Source: Candidatus Brocadiia bacterium (GTDB lineage Bacteria; Planctomycetota; Brocadiia; SM23-32). From it: 64,000 bases of DNA. The notes beneath the pieces are model-generated. The model saw nothing but the letters and a program-made list of their open reading frames with translations, did not search any database and was not told where the DNA came from. Position numbers and translations under genes: made by a program. Every line of letters begins with the position of its first letter. Position 1 is the first letter of the stretch. The stretch is taken from NCBI GenBank assembly GCA_046538485.1, contig JBKHIT010000003.1:32001-96000 (forward strand), read 5' to 3'. Shown here in pieces: positions 39,876 to 50,311 of this stretch.

Positions 39876-42572
39876 CTATTTGTCGGCCTCCACGACCTCT
39901 CGTGGGAGAAGCAACTCTTCCTCATCACGCGCCAGGTAGGGGGGCACGGTCATCAACCGCCGATCTCCGGTGCCACGATAGAATTTCCATAACCGACCAT
40001 CCTCGCCCTCCGGTACCGGTACGCTGAAATAATCGGCACTGTCCAGCTGACCGAAATCAAACACTTTCTTGCCGCTTCCGTCTAACAACACGCCGTTGGT
40101 GGAAGTGGCAAATCCGCCAACGACTTTCGTGCCTTTGGGAACGTAAAAATACCGGTTCCATCGATGATATGGGTGTTCCGCGTCACTGAGACTTGACCGA
40201 AACGTCATCGGTTGGCCCGGGGTCCACTCGATGTGCGTCATGTCGCTGTGATCGGTCCACTCGATCTTATGAAGGCCACTGTGGGGTGTTTTGAATACGA
40301 CTTCACGCGTCTTGCCTTCGCCTTCGGGAGACACCACTACTTCCTGAATTGTTTTTTCCTTCTGACCGTCGATCCAGACAAGCTGCATCTCTATATCGCC
40401 CAACACGCCGCTGTAGATTTTGCCACCAGTCACCTGGAGGATGATCTGCCGGTTCCCTTTGCTGAACCACGTATACAGCGTATGCCGTCCGCGGTAGTTG
40501 GGATAATGTTCTGTCTTCACATCTTTCAGATCCAGCTCATCAACTGGCACGAGGTCAGTACTGTAGGAGACAGGTTCGAAGTCTATTTTGTCCTTTTCGT
40601 TGTTCTTCAGTCCCGCCTCCAGGATCCCAATAATTTCTTCGTCGGTGAAGAGTTTATCGCTGGTCCAGTCGTCGATGTCCACCACCTGTAATTCTTTCAT
40701 CTGTTTTTGCAGGTCCGCGCTCGGACCTTCTTTTTTTTCTTTTCCGTCACCTGCCGTGACATCGCCCAAAAGGTCGGCGATCTCCTCGCTCTCTTTCTCG
40801 GTCGAATCCGCTTTTCTATCGGATGCGCTTCTTTTGAGAGGTCTATCAACCGACAGTCTTCCCGCGTCAGCTTCATCCGGCACGCCGATGCCCCGTCTCC
40901 GAAGGGCACGGAAAAGCCCCCGAATGTGTATCAGCATCGTGTCCTGCATCCGGTAAGCATGCCGATAAAGGTCCTGCGCGGCCCTTTTGCTGGCCTTTCG
41001 CCCGTCGGCGTCGGCATACCGGAAATACAACTCCACGTAACGGGTGTAGACGATAAGTTCATCGAGTCGTGCATGCACCTCGGGATCTTGTGCGAGACGG
41101 CGCGCCTCCGCCAGGAGTTCGTACATCCGTGCCACCAGATCTTCGTGGGTGCGGACTTTCTCGGATTTTTTGGTTATCAGCCGGTAGAACGCTCGCATTG
41201 GTTGACGTGCCTGGCCAAAGGCGTTTGTCAAAAAATCATCGACCAACTCATCCACCTTTTTGGCAGCATCCACGTCCCAGACCAATCGGGTGGTCAGGTA
41301 GTAGCCCAGGCCATTGGCGCCCCAGGAGTCCGACGCTTCGGAGTTTATGAATCGAGCGCCTTTCTCATAGTAATACGGAATCCGCTCGGTCAGATATTTA
41401 ATTCGCCCGCCCCGGGCCCGGCAGGGCATGGCATTGCTCCACAGGTAAACGTCGTGATAATCCCGAATTCCGATCATGTTCGCGCGTTGGGCCCAGCCAT
41501 CAATCAGTTCTTCAAACGTGTATCCGCCTTTGATAAAAGCGGTGGCGATGCTTACGATCACCCTGGGATGGACGTCAACACTCGGGGGCGGCGAATGCAT
41601 ATTGTAGGCGTAGATCCCAACGTGTTTTTCCCCGTATCCCAGTTCGTTGATTGCTTCGGCCACGGCGTTGGCAAGCAGCACGGCCCGATCGCTCACGCTG
41701 CCCATTTTCTGGCACTCTTTGCACTGGCACCAACCACCGCCGTCCGATGGATCCATGGAGATACTGTCCCTCTTCGGGTTGTTCTTGATGCGACGCACGG
41801 CATCTTCAACGACCAGTTGACGGAGCCCTTCGTTGGCAATGCAGAATTTGTTGCCACCGCGTTTTCTATCTCGCAGCGCCAGATATTCCGGATGTTCATC
41901 AAACGCCTTCTGGTTCCTCCTGATGATCGAATCGTACGCATGGCCCGTACTTAGTTTTGCAGCCGAAGTGACCCGGTTCCGATCTTTCCACAGGCTCCAC
42001 ATTTGACCATCACTCCATGGAGCTCCTCTGGGGGCATTGCGGTTGTAGAAATCGGGGGCCTCGAAAACGTCCATTTTTACCTGTAAATCGGAGTCTTCGG
42101 GGATAACCTCCCAAGTTTCCGTCGGGAAAAAGCGCCGGTATCCGAGTCTGTACAAAAAGTCCCAGACCCCATGCTGCGCCGCCAGATCCGTCGCGCCGAC
42201 TAGGTATATGCCCTTTTGGTGGGTGCGAATCAGGTATTCATCCCGGCGGATTAGATCCTCCGGATCAAAGCGCTGAGCCAATCCCAGCTTCGGAAAGTCC
42301 TGATAGTTGCCAACAGCTATCCCTTCTGTCCCGTCTCCTGTTCTAACCTCAAACGTTCCGCCGGTGATCTGACGGAGGTAATCTGCCAGGTGCTGTGCGC
42401 TTTTAGTAACACGTTTACCGGCATCGGGAGAAACGACAATGTGCAAGTGCGCTTCTCCCTTCCGGGCGACGGAGATTTTCTCGCCCGCCAAAACTGTGGC
42501 CGAAACGAACCAACCCAGCAACAGGCCAACGACAATTGCTATAAGAACCGGCAGCTTTTTTTTCAGCTTCAT
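39876..42572 (-). CDS. Secreted DUF4838-like protein with GH67/GH20-like N-terminal domain
   Basis: Signal peptide, LADYLRQITG, GVWDFLYRLGYRRFFP, EHPEYLAL, SMDPSDGGGWCQCKEC, YAYNMH, LVWD, FG..MRAFY. Start set at ATG 42572. Confidence 0.8.
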   Translation of the reverse strand: MKLKKKLPVLIAIVVGLLLGWFVSATVLAGEKISVARKGEAHLHIVVSPDAGKRVTKSAQHLADYLRQITGGTFEVRTGDGTEGIAVGNYQDFPKLGLAQRFDPEDLIRRDEYLIRTHQKGIYLVGATDLAAQHGVWDFLYRLGYRRFFPTETWEVIPEDSDLQVKMDVFEAPDFYNRNAPRGAPWSDGQMWSLWKDRNRVTSAAKLSTGHAYDSIIRRNQKAFDEHPEYLALRDRKRGGNKFCIANEGLRQLVVEDAVRRIKNNPKRDSISMDPSDGGGWCQCKECQKMGSVSDRAVLLANAVAEAINELGYGEKHVGIYAYNMHSPPPSVDVHPRVIVSIATAFIKGGYTFEELIDGWAQRANMIGIRDYHDVYLWSNAMPCRARGGRIKYLTERIPYYYEKGARFINSEASDSWGANGLGYYLTTRLVWDVDAAKKVDELVDDFLTNAFGQARQPMRAFYRLITKKSEKVRTHEDLVARMYELLAEARRLAQDPEVHARLDELIVYTRYVELYFRYADADGRKASKRAAQDLYRHAYRMQDTMLIHIRGLFRALRRRGIGVPDEADAGRLSVDRPLKRSASDRKADSTEKESEEIADLLGDVTAGDGKEKKEGPSADLQKQMKELQVVDIDDWTSDKLFTDEEIIGILEAGLKNNEKDKIDFEPVSYSTDLVPVDELDLKDVKTEHYPNYRGRHTLYTWFSKGNRQIILQVTGGKIYSGVLGDIEMQLVWIDGQKEKTIQEVVVSPEGEGKTREVVFKTPHSGLHKIEWTDHSDMTHIEWTPGQPMTFRSSLSDAEHPYHRWNRYFYVPKGTKVVGGFATSTNGVLLDGSGKKVFDFGQLDSADYFSVPVPEGEDGRLWKFYRGTGDRRLMTVPPYLARDEEELLLPREVVEADK

Positions 42573-42891
42573 TCGGGCCTCTCGTATTGATCTCAGATAT
42601 CGTCGACAAGTTTCCCTTCCGGGGATTCCCCCGGCAGGATGCATTTTTTTCTAATCTCACATTTTTCTGTCTGCGACCTCCCCCACATCCTACCGCCTGG
42701 AGCCTTCGCATACAAAAAATTCCACTGAACGGCGATGTTAGTGGTAAGCGCCAGGGCCCTGAATATGCGGCGATCTTCTGGAGCTTACCTTCTTCGGGGG
42801 GCATAAAATCATAGCCTGGCCGGTGAGAGGCAACGATCATTATCTCGCGTGTGTGACAAACTTACTGTGTCAACGTGTCGTAGCTCAACCG

Positions 42892-43031
42892 GTGACAGGC
42901 AGAAATGCCGTACGTGTTAGCCCAACAGCGAGATTGCCGCGGCGCCCCGCTACGCGGAACGCCTCGCAATGACATTGTAAGCAGGGACGGCTAATGTAAT
43001 GCGGGCTAAATGCGTACGGAATGCCTGTCAC
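42892..43031 (-). repeat. Repeat family B, copy 2 (internally deleted), with perfect 10-bp terminal inverted repeat
   Basis: gtgacaggca(42892-42901)...tgcctgtcac(43022-43031); reverse strand contains acaatgtcattgcgaggcgttccgcgtagcggggcgccgcggcaatctcgctgttgggc. Confidence 0.85.
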
Positions 43032-43114
43032 ACTGGATGTTCACTGAACTCGCAGCTGATTGTTCAGGCTGGCATGCTGCCGTAGCCGCAACTGATTTTC
43101 GCCCCTTCTTGGGG

Positions 43115-46100
43115 CTACCAGTTCCGCACTGATTTCTTTTCTACGCCGAATTTGAATGTGATGTCCCGTGGCGGCGGATTGTTGCCGGGAGCTTTTGCCC
43201 TGACTTTCAGGACGTATTTGGTTTCCGCCTGCTTTGCCTCCTGCATCACATCGTCAATCCCGGCGAGCGGAGACTCGTCCTTTTCGACGGGCGCCGAGTG
43301 TTTGATTGTTGTCTCCGGTTCGTACTCGATCCGAATCAACGCCGTACCGCGGTATGCCATGGTATCTCCGCTTGACAACTTGCGCAGTCCTTTGTCCGTT
43401 TTTTCGAAAAGTCTGATATTTACCTTCTGCGCTCTGCGTCCCTGGAGGGAACGACGATAGTTCACGGCGGCGCGGGTTGCCTTTTTGGGTTTCTTCCCCC
43501 AGAGCCAGACCGAGGGTTGCTGAGTTTCGGGCTTCGGAACCGGGGCGAATTGTCCCGTCTCTATCCTCCCCTGTGCGTCCGAATCCCGAAATGCCCAGTC
43601 GTAGAGGAAAACAGAATCAATCGCGGCCCCCGCATCAATTTTAGCCTTATTCGTTGGGCCCAGGATGAGTCCCGGTTGGAGAATGCTCCCGTCGCGCCAG
43701 CGCACGACTGCTGGTGCCGACAAAAGGGCGACACGTTTGCCGTCGACAAAAAGGCGATACTGACCCATTTCCCAGCACAGAACCACATGGTGCCAGCCTC
43801 TGTCGTCCGGGAACGATGCCGATGTCTCCCGGAGTTTCGGGCCTTCTTCCGGGATAGGGGAGAGTTCGGTCGATTTCCAGTGATCCACGTGCGTGTTACG
43901 TTCGTAGGTTCGCAGGCGGAGGGCGGGGCGATTGTTGAGGGAAACCAGCTCGAGCGTGGTGTTCATATGATGCCGCAGCTGCGCGACAGGCAGCGGGACG
44001 GCAGCGGTTTTTTTTACTTGCAGATCAAACTCAAGCGTGCCGCTGAACCAGCTTGGCACCACCCCGTAACGGGCGTGCGCGCCTTGCGGATTGATTTCAA
44101 TTGCTTTCCGGCGTGAACCTTTCACCCGGTCCGCTTCCCCGTTTTCCGAAAGAACTCCACCCCCCACGTCTGGCGCCAGTCCTTTATCAAATGAGACCCC
44201 GAGACTGACTCCTTTCGGCCACGGAGCCGGGGGAGGGGTATCGGTGGAGCGGACCAGCAAAGCCCTCAATGATGTCACGGGGGCGGCGGGGACGTGTACG
44301 CTCTCTCGGGAGTTCAAGAGCTGTCCGGTCTCGAGATCCCAGACGCGGAAATGTTCGCCCTTCAGCTTGAGACCCGCCAGCGATGGATGGAGTTCGGTGT
44401 CGGGGGCCAGGGGCCATCCATACCATGCGAGCAGCAGAATGGCCTGACGCCGGTCTTTTGAGGGCGCGACGAAGACGCGTAGTTGTGAGGATGCCGGGGG
44501 GTTTTTCACGATGTTGGCAGCCCGGATTCGCCGCGCATTCCGCGTTATCGAGAACATGGGAAGCATCTCACGCTTGCCATCGACCAGACCGAAGCGGCGC
44601 GCAAGCGAGGTCACGCGGCGTTGTTTGGCACCGGCGTGCCGGTAGTACTCGGCCACGGCCCGCTGTTTGCCATGGAACGACCAGCCGTCAACTCCGAGCA
44701 CTTCGCCCCACACGACTTCATGAATACGATCTCGGCGCGCTCGCCAGGGATCTCCCCCGGCATCGTGGACGTAATTGAAACCAAAATAGCCCGGGATAAT
44801 GTCGCGAACGTAATCTTTTTTCCATTTGGGCCTGACGCGTCCGTATCCGGTCTGTCCGTACGGAGCGATATGTCCGAGGTGGGCGATGTGGGTTCCGCGG
44901 CGCCGGTAAAACTCCGGGATAATAAGGACATCGGGGTGATCTTCGCGTATTTTGCGATAGATGTGACCACAGGGTACGTCAGAATTGCGTTTTCCCCCGT
45001 TTTCCCCGTAGAAGCGGAGGACAATGCTCGTGTCGTAGTAGAAGATCGTGCATCCCCAGCGCTTTTTAGCATAGGCAATCTCCTCGGAAAGACGCTGCGC
45101 GATCGGGTAGACCGCCCACCAGGGGGTATGTTCGGGTATCAGCTTGTGGTAATTGTCTTTGACGGGGTCCGACTTGGGATTGGCATTTCCGACTCCCTGG
45201 ACCCACTTGTTTCCCGACCATCGCGGCTGGGGATGGCGGATTGTCGCGCCGGTTCGGAAACCGGCCTGGCGAATGATGCGGAAATAGTCGTCCATCGCGT
45301 GGTCCAGCTCCGGCGTGAGGATCGGCAACATACGCGGCGCACCGACAAACCCCGTCGAGTGGAAACCGCCTTCCAGATTCCACAGGATCATTCCCTGAGC
45401 GTTCATTTTTTTGAGGGCATCCACTGTCCTGTGAGCGGTGCGGATAAACGCCCGGCGGAGGAAGGCCTTTCCGTGCGGCGAGAGCACATCGACGGTATCG
45501 AGAATGGGACTCCAGAGGCGGCGCGGATTTGTTCCCTCGATGCCAAACTGCGGCGCTTTTTTCCCCCATTCCCCGAGGATATAACATGCGCCGACGGCCC
45601 CCCGGTCGGGCCATTCGAGCATCGGTGACTGAAACTTCTGATATTCTTTGTAGAAATCGCGCAGCACCCAGTGTCGCCGTTCTTTGTTTCCCGCAAAACG
45701 CAACGCGAATTCCAGCTCGAGTGTCTCGCCCGGGGGTATCCGGGGGAGACCTTTCGGCGGCATCACCAGCTCACCTCTGGCCACCGCCCGCACCCCGCCC
45801 GTTACCACCAGCGGGTAGACGTTTTCAGTCCCTTTTTTCGGTTTCGCAAAACCAAATCGCACCGGCGGGGCAAAACTTTCGTATGACGCGAAGATCTGGC
45901 CAATTTTTGTTTTTACTCCGATGGCTGTTGGCCGGTCGTGTGTGTTTCTGACATCCCCGTCTTTGAGTTTGTCAGCCGCAGCAGGGAGCCGGAGATGGAA
46001 CAATTCGAAACGAAAGTTCGCCACGGGGTGTTCCGACCGATTTTCGGCCAGAAGCCGCATTCGCAGGACGTTGCCCTTACGTTTGTACCGGACCCGCACC

Positions 46101-46465
46101 TCGCCCCATCCGTATTGGCGCGTCACCTGACGTTTGCGTTTGTCGAACGCGGCATTGGGATCTTTCAGCGAAGCCCGGGAAAACTCATAATCCCAGAAAT
46201 TGTTCTTTGGGTTGACTTTGCGTGTTTCCAGAACGACATTCGTGGCCGCCGGGAGCGGATTAGCGATCAACTGATCGCCCTGCCAGTTAAGAGAGAACGT
46301 CTTGTTGGCGAAGGTTAGTTTCGGGGGAGGGGGCGTTTTTATCCCCTCTGGTTCCCCCCGCGCCGGAGGCAAAAATGTCAGCAGGCCGACAAGAAACATC
46401 GCGATCGGCGCCGGTATTACCGCGAGGGATTTGGACCGGTTTTTTGATTTGGTGGACAATGTCAT
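43115..46465 (-). CDS. Large secreted protein: beta-sandwich + putative glycoside-hydrolase-like TIM barrel + LamG/ConA-like domain (paralogue A)
   Basis: Signal peptide; WPDR, AQGMILWNLEG, YAKKRWGCTIFYYD, PDVLIIPE; LamG-like WHHVVLCW..LFVDG..IDS. Confidence 0.7.
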   Translation of the reverse strand: MTLSTKSKNRSKSLAVIPAPIAMFLVGLLTFLPPARGEPEGIKTPPPPKLTFANKTFSLNWQGDQLIANPLPAATNVVLETRKVNPKNNFWDYEFSRASLKDPNAAFDKRKRQVTRQYGWGEVRVRYKRKGNVLRMRLLAENRSEHPVANFRFELFHLRLPAAADKLKDGDVRNTHDRPTAIGVKTKIGQIFASYESFAPPVRFGFAKPKKGTENVYPLVVTGGVRAVARGELVMPPKGLPRIPPGETLELEFALRFAGNKERRHWVLRDFYKEYQKFQSPMLEWPDRGAVGACYILGEWGKKAPQFGIEGTNPRRLWSPILDTVDVLSPHGKAFLRRAFIRTAHRTVDALKKMNAQGMILWNLEGGFHSTGFVGAPRMLPILTPELDHAMDDYFRIIRQAGFRTGATIRHPQPRWSGNKWVQGVGNANPKSDPVKDNYHKLIPEHTPWWAVYPIAQRLSEEIAYAKKRWGCTIFYYDTSIVLRFYGENGGKRNSDVPCGHIYRKIREDHPDVLIIPEFYRRRGTHIAHLGHIAPYGQTGYGRVRPKWKKDYVRDIIPGYFGFNYVHDAGGDPWRARRDRIHEVVWGEVLGVDGWSFHGKQRAVAEYYRHAGAKQRRVTSLARRFGLVDGKREMLPMFSITRNARRIRAANIVKNPPASSQLRVFVAPSKDRRQAILLLAWYGWPLAPDTELHPSLAGLKLKGEHFRVWDLETGQLLNSRESVHVPAAPVTSLRALLVRSTDTPPPAPWPKGVSLGVSFDKGLAPDVGGGVLSENGEADRVKGSRRKAIEINPQGAHARYGVVPSWFSGTLEFDLQVKKTAAVPLPVAQLRHHMNTTLELVSLNNRPALRLRTYERNTHVDHWKSTELSPIPEEGPKLRETSASFPDDRGWHHVVLCWEMGQYRLFVDGKRVALLSAPAVVRWRDGSILQPGLILGPTNKAKIDAGAAIDSVFLYDWAFRDSDAQGRIETGQFAPVPKPETQQPSVWLWGKKPKKATRAAVNYRRSLQGRRAQKVNIRLFEKTDKGLRKLSSGDTMAYRGTALIRIEYEPETTIKHSAPVEKDESPLAGIDDVMQEAKQAETKYVLKVRAKAPGNNPPPRDITFKFGVEKKSVRNW

Positions 46466-46481
46466 TGGCTTTCTCCTTGCA

Positions 46482-49400
46482 TTACCACCGATGGGAGTCT
46501 ATGCCGTGGCTCGCAGCCGAAAAACGAACGGTGCGCGCTGGAGGACCTTTGCCTTCGGGCAGGGGTTTCACCTCCATCACGTAAGACGTGCCCGTGTCCA
46601 CCTCCCCCTCGAGCATCCCCAGGTCGTCACCTGTATCTCCGGCGTCCAGCGACATGTCATCGGAAGCACCTAAATCTTCTCCACTTTCGATCTTTTTCGA
46701 CCTTTTGAAACGGAGTTTGCCGAGGCCGACTCCGTTATAGCTCTGGAGGGTCCCGAAGGCGACGCGTTGACGCCCGTGTTGCAATCTTTCGTAAAGAGTG
46801 ACCTGAAACCGCTCAGCTCGGCTCCAGTTCGGTGCGGGCCGTGAATTAATGCCGACGTTAACATTTTTGGGGAAGGAACCCCACAGCCAGACGGTGATGG
46901 GTTGTTTCTCTGGTTTTTCCACGGGTTTCATGCCGTTAGAAGACATCCGGGAGCCGGCCTGCTGTTTCGTGAAAGGCCATGTGTAGGCTATCAGCGAATC
47001 GACCAATGCTCTACCATTTTTCGACGTTTCTCCGCCTCCGACAATAAGACCCGGTTCCAGTGCGGTCCCATCACGACGGCGCAATTTGACCGGCCCGGAG
47101 GCCGAGTCGGTCAGGTTGCCGTCCACGTAAAGCCTGTACTGTCCGATATCCCAGGTCAGAACAACGTGGTACCAGGTTCCGGGTCGGAGTGCCGCGTGAA
47201 TTTTCCGGGTTTCGGCATCTTCCCCGGCAGAATCACCATCCCCGGTCTGCGCCGGAATCTCGCGGAACCGCAGGCCCAGAACCGTCTGACCGTGCTGTTG
47301 CTGGAGGGACAGTTCGAGGTCGAGATGATGTTTCAAGGCGAGGATGCGAAGGGGACGGTCGCCGCTTTTTTGGGGTTTGATGTCGAATTCCAGGGATCCA
47401 TTGAGCCAGCTCGGTACGACACCGTAGGCGGCCCGCGCTCCGGAGACCTGGAGGGCGTTGCCGTTTCGTGCCTTCGTTCGGTTTCCTTTCCGGGAACCAC
47501 GGTCTGTCCCGGGGGGACCACCGCCGAAATCGGGCGACATGCTTTTATCGAAGGAGATCCCCACCAGGACCCCTTCGGGCGGGTGTTTTCGCGTTTTCGG
47601 AGTACTTTGCAGGTAGAGCGCGCTCAATCCTGCGATCGGATCCGGTTCGACTTTGATAGGGGACCTCTTTGCGGGCATGAGACCGGTCCCGAGGTGCCAG
47701 GTGTGTTTCTGGGGCAAATCTATCCCGGGGAGATCTGGTTTCAGGCGGATCATATGACCGGAACCTTTTTGCCAGACCACCATCAGCAGAGCCCGTTTTT
47801 TGTCGGGGCTGAACACAACTCGTGTGCGGAGGTTTGCCGGAACAGAACGTTCTGCCACAATGCGGACAGGGTCCACAGATTCACCCAGACGCCACGCCCG
47901 GGAAAGGGGCGGCAAAGGATCTATATCGTCTTCGTCAAGGAGTCCGATTTGTCGGGCGGCCGCGGCAATCCGTTTTTGTTTGGAACGGGCGGCGTCATAA
48001 ATCTCGCGGACGCGGTGGGGATTTTCCCGGGCACTCCACATCAGCACATCGCCCCAGGCTACGGCTCGCCGGAGCTGTGGTTTACGTGCTTCGAGATTGG
48101 CCCCTTCGACATCCGTGACCGTGAAAGCATCGGCACGCCACTCCCGTACGCGGGGAGGTGTGCTTTCGAAAGCAATTTCTTCTGCGGCCATCTTCTCCGC
48201 TTCTTCATAGTCATATTCCATGTGCTGTTTGAGTGTCAGCACGTGTTCGCGTATCAACCGTTTCAGCTTGAGCTCGACGTATGGAGCGGAGTTGGCCCAG
48301 TAACTGTGATGCAACACATGGATGCGGTCCGGAATCGCGCGGCGCCATTTGATGCGCCGTGGAATTTGCCGGTAGCGCAGCATGTTGCCGATAACCCACC
48401 TGGGCGTGGGAAGACCGCCGATTCGCTTTTCTCCGGTTCCGCGAAGACTGTCGGTGAAAATTCTGTAGCCGGCCTTGCTTTTCAGAATTTCCGCCGATCT
48501 TGCCGATCGCCAGTGGCGTTCCGCATATCGAGGAATGAGCAGGACGTCGGGCTGGAGCTCGCGAAGACGCTGGAATGTCCTTGCGTTGAACAGCATCCAG
48601 TCTTCGAGCCGTCCCGGCCCGGCTTTTGACCAGAAGCCGTTGTCGTGGATGTAGAAGATGCTGCACCCCCAACGCTGTTTTGCGTACTCGATTTTATCGG
48701 AAAGCCGCCGGGCCAGCGGGTAGACGCGTCCGGCGGCAATCTCGTGGGACCTGGCATTCTTCAGGGGCGGCGCGAAATTTTCGTGTTCGCGATCATACGA
48801 TCCCGGCCCCTGCGTCCACCGTTGCCGCCGTTCACCGTAATGGAGCACTGAAGGGCGTATGCAAACCCCGGTGCGCAGACCGGCCTGGCGGAAACGTCTG
48901 AAAAAGTCGTCGGCGAGTTTGTCCATTTCAGGCGCGATATCGGGGAGACGCCGCGGGTCGCCGAATGGATACTCCGGATAGATATGACCGCCTTCGATAT
49001 TCCAGATCACCACGCCCTGCGCGTCGGCGGCCTGGAGGTGTTTGACGGCCTCATCGGCGAGCCCCATAAGTTTTTTGCGGAGTTTCTCGCGGCCCTCCGG
49101 TGTGCCGGTTTTCATCTTCGGCGCACGAAACCATCCACGGGGATTTTCGGGAGTGACGTGACGGGGGGAACCTGCCAGGATTATCTTGCCGATCGGTCGC
49201 CGGTCAGACCAGTTGATATGCGGTTTCTGGGCTGCGTGAAACGCTTTGTAGAAGGGCCGCAACACCGTTGCATCGGGTCGCGCAGAAGGAGCGAAGCGCA
49301 GAACAAATTTAAGCTGCAGCTCCTCGCCGGGCGGGATTTGGGGTCGCCCGAGGATCGGCAGCACAAAAGAATCCTCTTCCAGTGCGGCAACGCCCCCCAG

Positions 49401-50030
49401 AACGATCAGCGGGACCTGTGGATTTCGTTTCCCGCGGGCTCTGCCGAAACCAAATTGCACCGGGTTGTGAAAACTCTCGCACGTTGCGAACAGTTTTCCG
49501 GTCTCCAGGGGGACCTTGAAGGCATAAGGATGGTCGAGTGTAAGATGCACGACTCCGCGTCGAAGCCAGCCCGGGGTTCTTTCAAACGCGAACTCCAGCA
49601 ACCGTACGCGGAAATCAGCGATAGTTCGGTCGGACGTGTTTTTGAGAGTCAGCACCAGATCCAGCCGATCCGGTCCCGGGTTCCACTCCAGCTCGCCGAG
49701 TCCCCATGGATACGTATGGCGGATCTGTTTTTTGGCGGGGAAAACTTGGACTTTGGGAGAATCAACCGATGCCGTTACGAAGGAATATCCCCAGAGTTCC
49801 TTTTTTTCGGGGTTGTGTTTCTGCAGGATGAGACGCTCGACTGCGAAATGTTTCTCGCCGAGTATCCCGCCCCCTCGCCATCGCAGATGCGAGGGACCGT
49901 TTTTGTCAAAGGCTGCTTCTGGTTGCTGCGCGGAGACCGGCAGGGAACAGAACAGGGCAGGGAGCACCAAAAAAAGGGCGGTTATGCAGGTGCTGCCCGG
50001 TTTTGATACCCGAGCGCGTTTCTCCAGCAT
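46482..50030 (-). CDS. Large secreted protein, paralogue B of 43115-46465
   Basis: Signal peptide; WSDR, AQGVVIWNIEG, YAKQRWGCSIFYIH, PDVLLIPR; LamG-like WYHVVLTW..LYVDG..VDS; 16 bp from paralogue A. Confidence 0.7.
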   Translation of the reverse strand: MLEKRARVSKPGSTCITALFLVLPALFCSLPVSAQQPEAAFDKNGPSHLRWRGGGILGEKHFAVERLILQKHNPEKKELWGYSFVTASVDSPKVQVFPAKKQIRHTYPWGLGELEWNPGPDRLDLVLTLKNTSDRTIADFRVRLLEFAFERTPGWLRRGVVHLTLDHPYAFKVPLETGKLFATCESFHNPVQFGFGRARGKRNPQVPLIVLGGVAALEEDSFVLPILGRPQIPPGEELQLKFVLRFAPSARPDATVLRPFYKAFHAAQKPHINWSDRRPIGKIILAGSPRHVTPENPRGWFRAPKMKTGTPEGREKLRKKLMGLADEAVKHLQAADAQGVVIWNIEGGHIYPEYPFGDPRRLPDIAPEMDKLADDFFRRFRQAGLRTGVCIRPSVLHYGERRQRWTQGPGSYDREHENFAPPLKNARSHEIAAGRVYPLARRLSDKIEYAKQRWGCSIFYIHDNGFWSKAGPGRLEDWMLFNARTFQRLRELQPDVLLIPRYAERHWRSARSAEILKSKAGYRIFTDSLRGTGEKRIGGLPTPRWVIGNMLRYRQIPRRIKWRRAIPDRIHVLHHSYWANSAPYVELKLKRLIREHVLTLKQHMEYDYEEAEKMAAEEIAFESTPPRVREWRADAFTVTDVEGANLEARKPQLRRAVAWGDVLMWSARENPHRVREIYDAARSKQKRIAAAARQIGLLDEDDIDPLPPLSRAWRLGESVDPVRIVAERSVPANLRTRVVFSPDKKRALLMVVWQKGSGHMIRLKPDLPGIDLPQKHTWHLGTGLMPAKRSPIKVEPDPIAGLSALYLQSTPKTRKHPPEGVLVGISFDKSMSPDFGGGPPGTDRGSRKGNRTKARNGNALQVSGARAAYGVVPSWLNGSLEFDIKPQKSGDRPLRILALKHHLDLELSLQQQHGQTVLGLRFREIPAQTGDGDSAGEDAETRKIHAALRPGTWYHVVLTWDIGQYRLYVDGNLTDSASGPVKLRRRDGTALEPGLIVGGGETSKNGRALVDSLIAYTWPFTKQQAGSRMSSNGMKPVEKPEKQPITVWLWGSFPKNVNVGINSRPAPNWSRAERFQVTLYERLQHGRQRVAFGTLQSYNGVGLGKLRFKRSKKIESGEDLGASDDMSLDAGDTGDDLGMLEGEVDTGTSYVMEVKPLPEGKGPPARTVRFSAASHGIDSHRW

Positions 50031-50232
50031 GCAGCACCTCGCGGATTAGAAAATTAATTCTGGGTCCCGGACTGCAATTTCATTTAGTGTATGCGAGACT
50101 TCCACGGCGGGATTTGCCGTGATCCCACTTTGTTTTTCTCTCAAAAGTAAGAAACAACCCGGCCCTGCCGCGTCGCAATCATTGTAGAATAAGTTGCCTT
50201 CCGCAAGCAACGCAGGTTTATACTAAATGAGC

Positions 50233-50247
50233 GTTTAACCGTTAAAC
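50233..50247. promoter_or_regulatory. Palindromic operator candidate GTTTAAC-C-GTTAAAC
   Basis: Perfect 7-1-7 inverted repeat between a minus-strand promoter and the 50030 start codon. Confidence 0.5.
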
Positions 50248-50311
50248 AAGGTTAATAACCGGCTTTCGCAAGTTCATGGATGGAAAAGCATTCTAAAACG
50301 CTTCGCGGGAT

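Noticed and set aside
46902..48629. 575-aa plus-strand ORF, and similar long ORFs at 439-1374, 25094-26083, 40707-41954, 44621-45628, 48984-50006, 52565-53539 and 62166-63299
   Set aside because: Each lies antisense to a well-supported gene and has no recognisable motifs; these are typical shadow ORFs.
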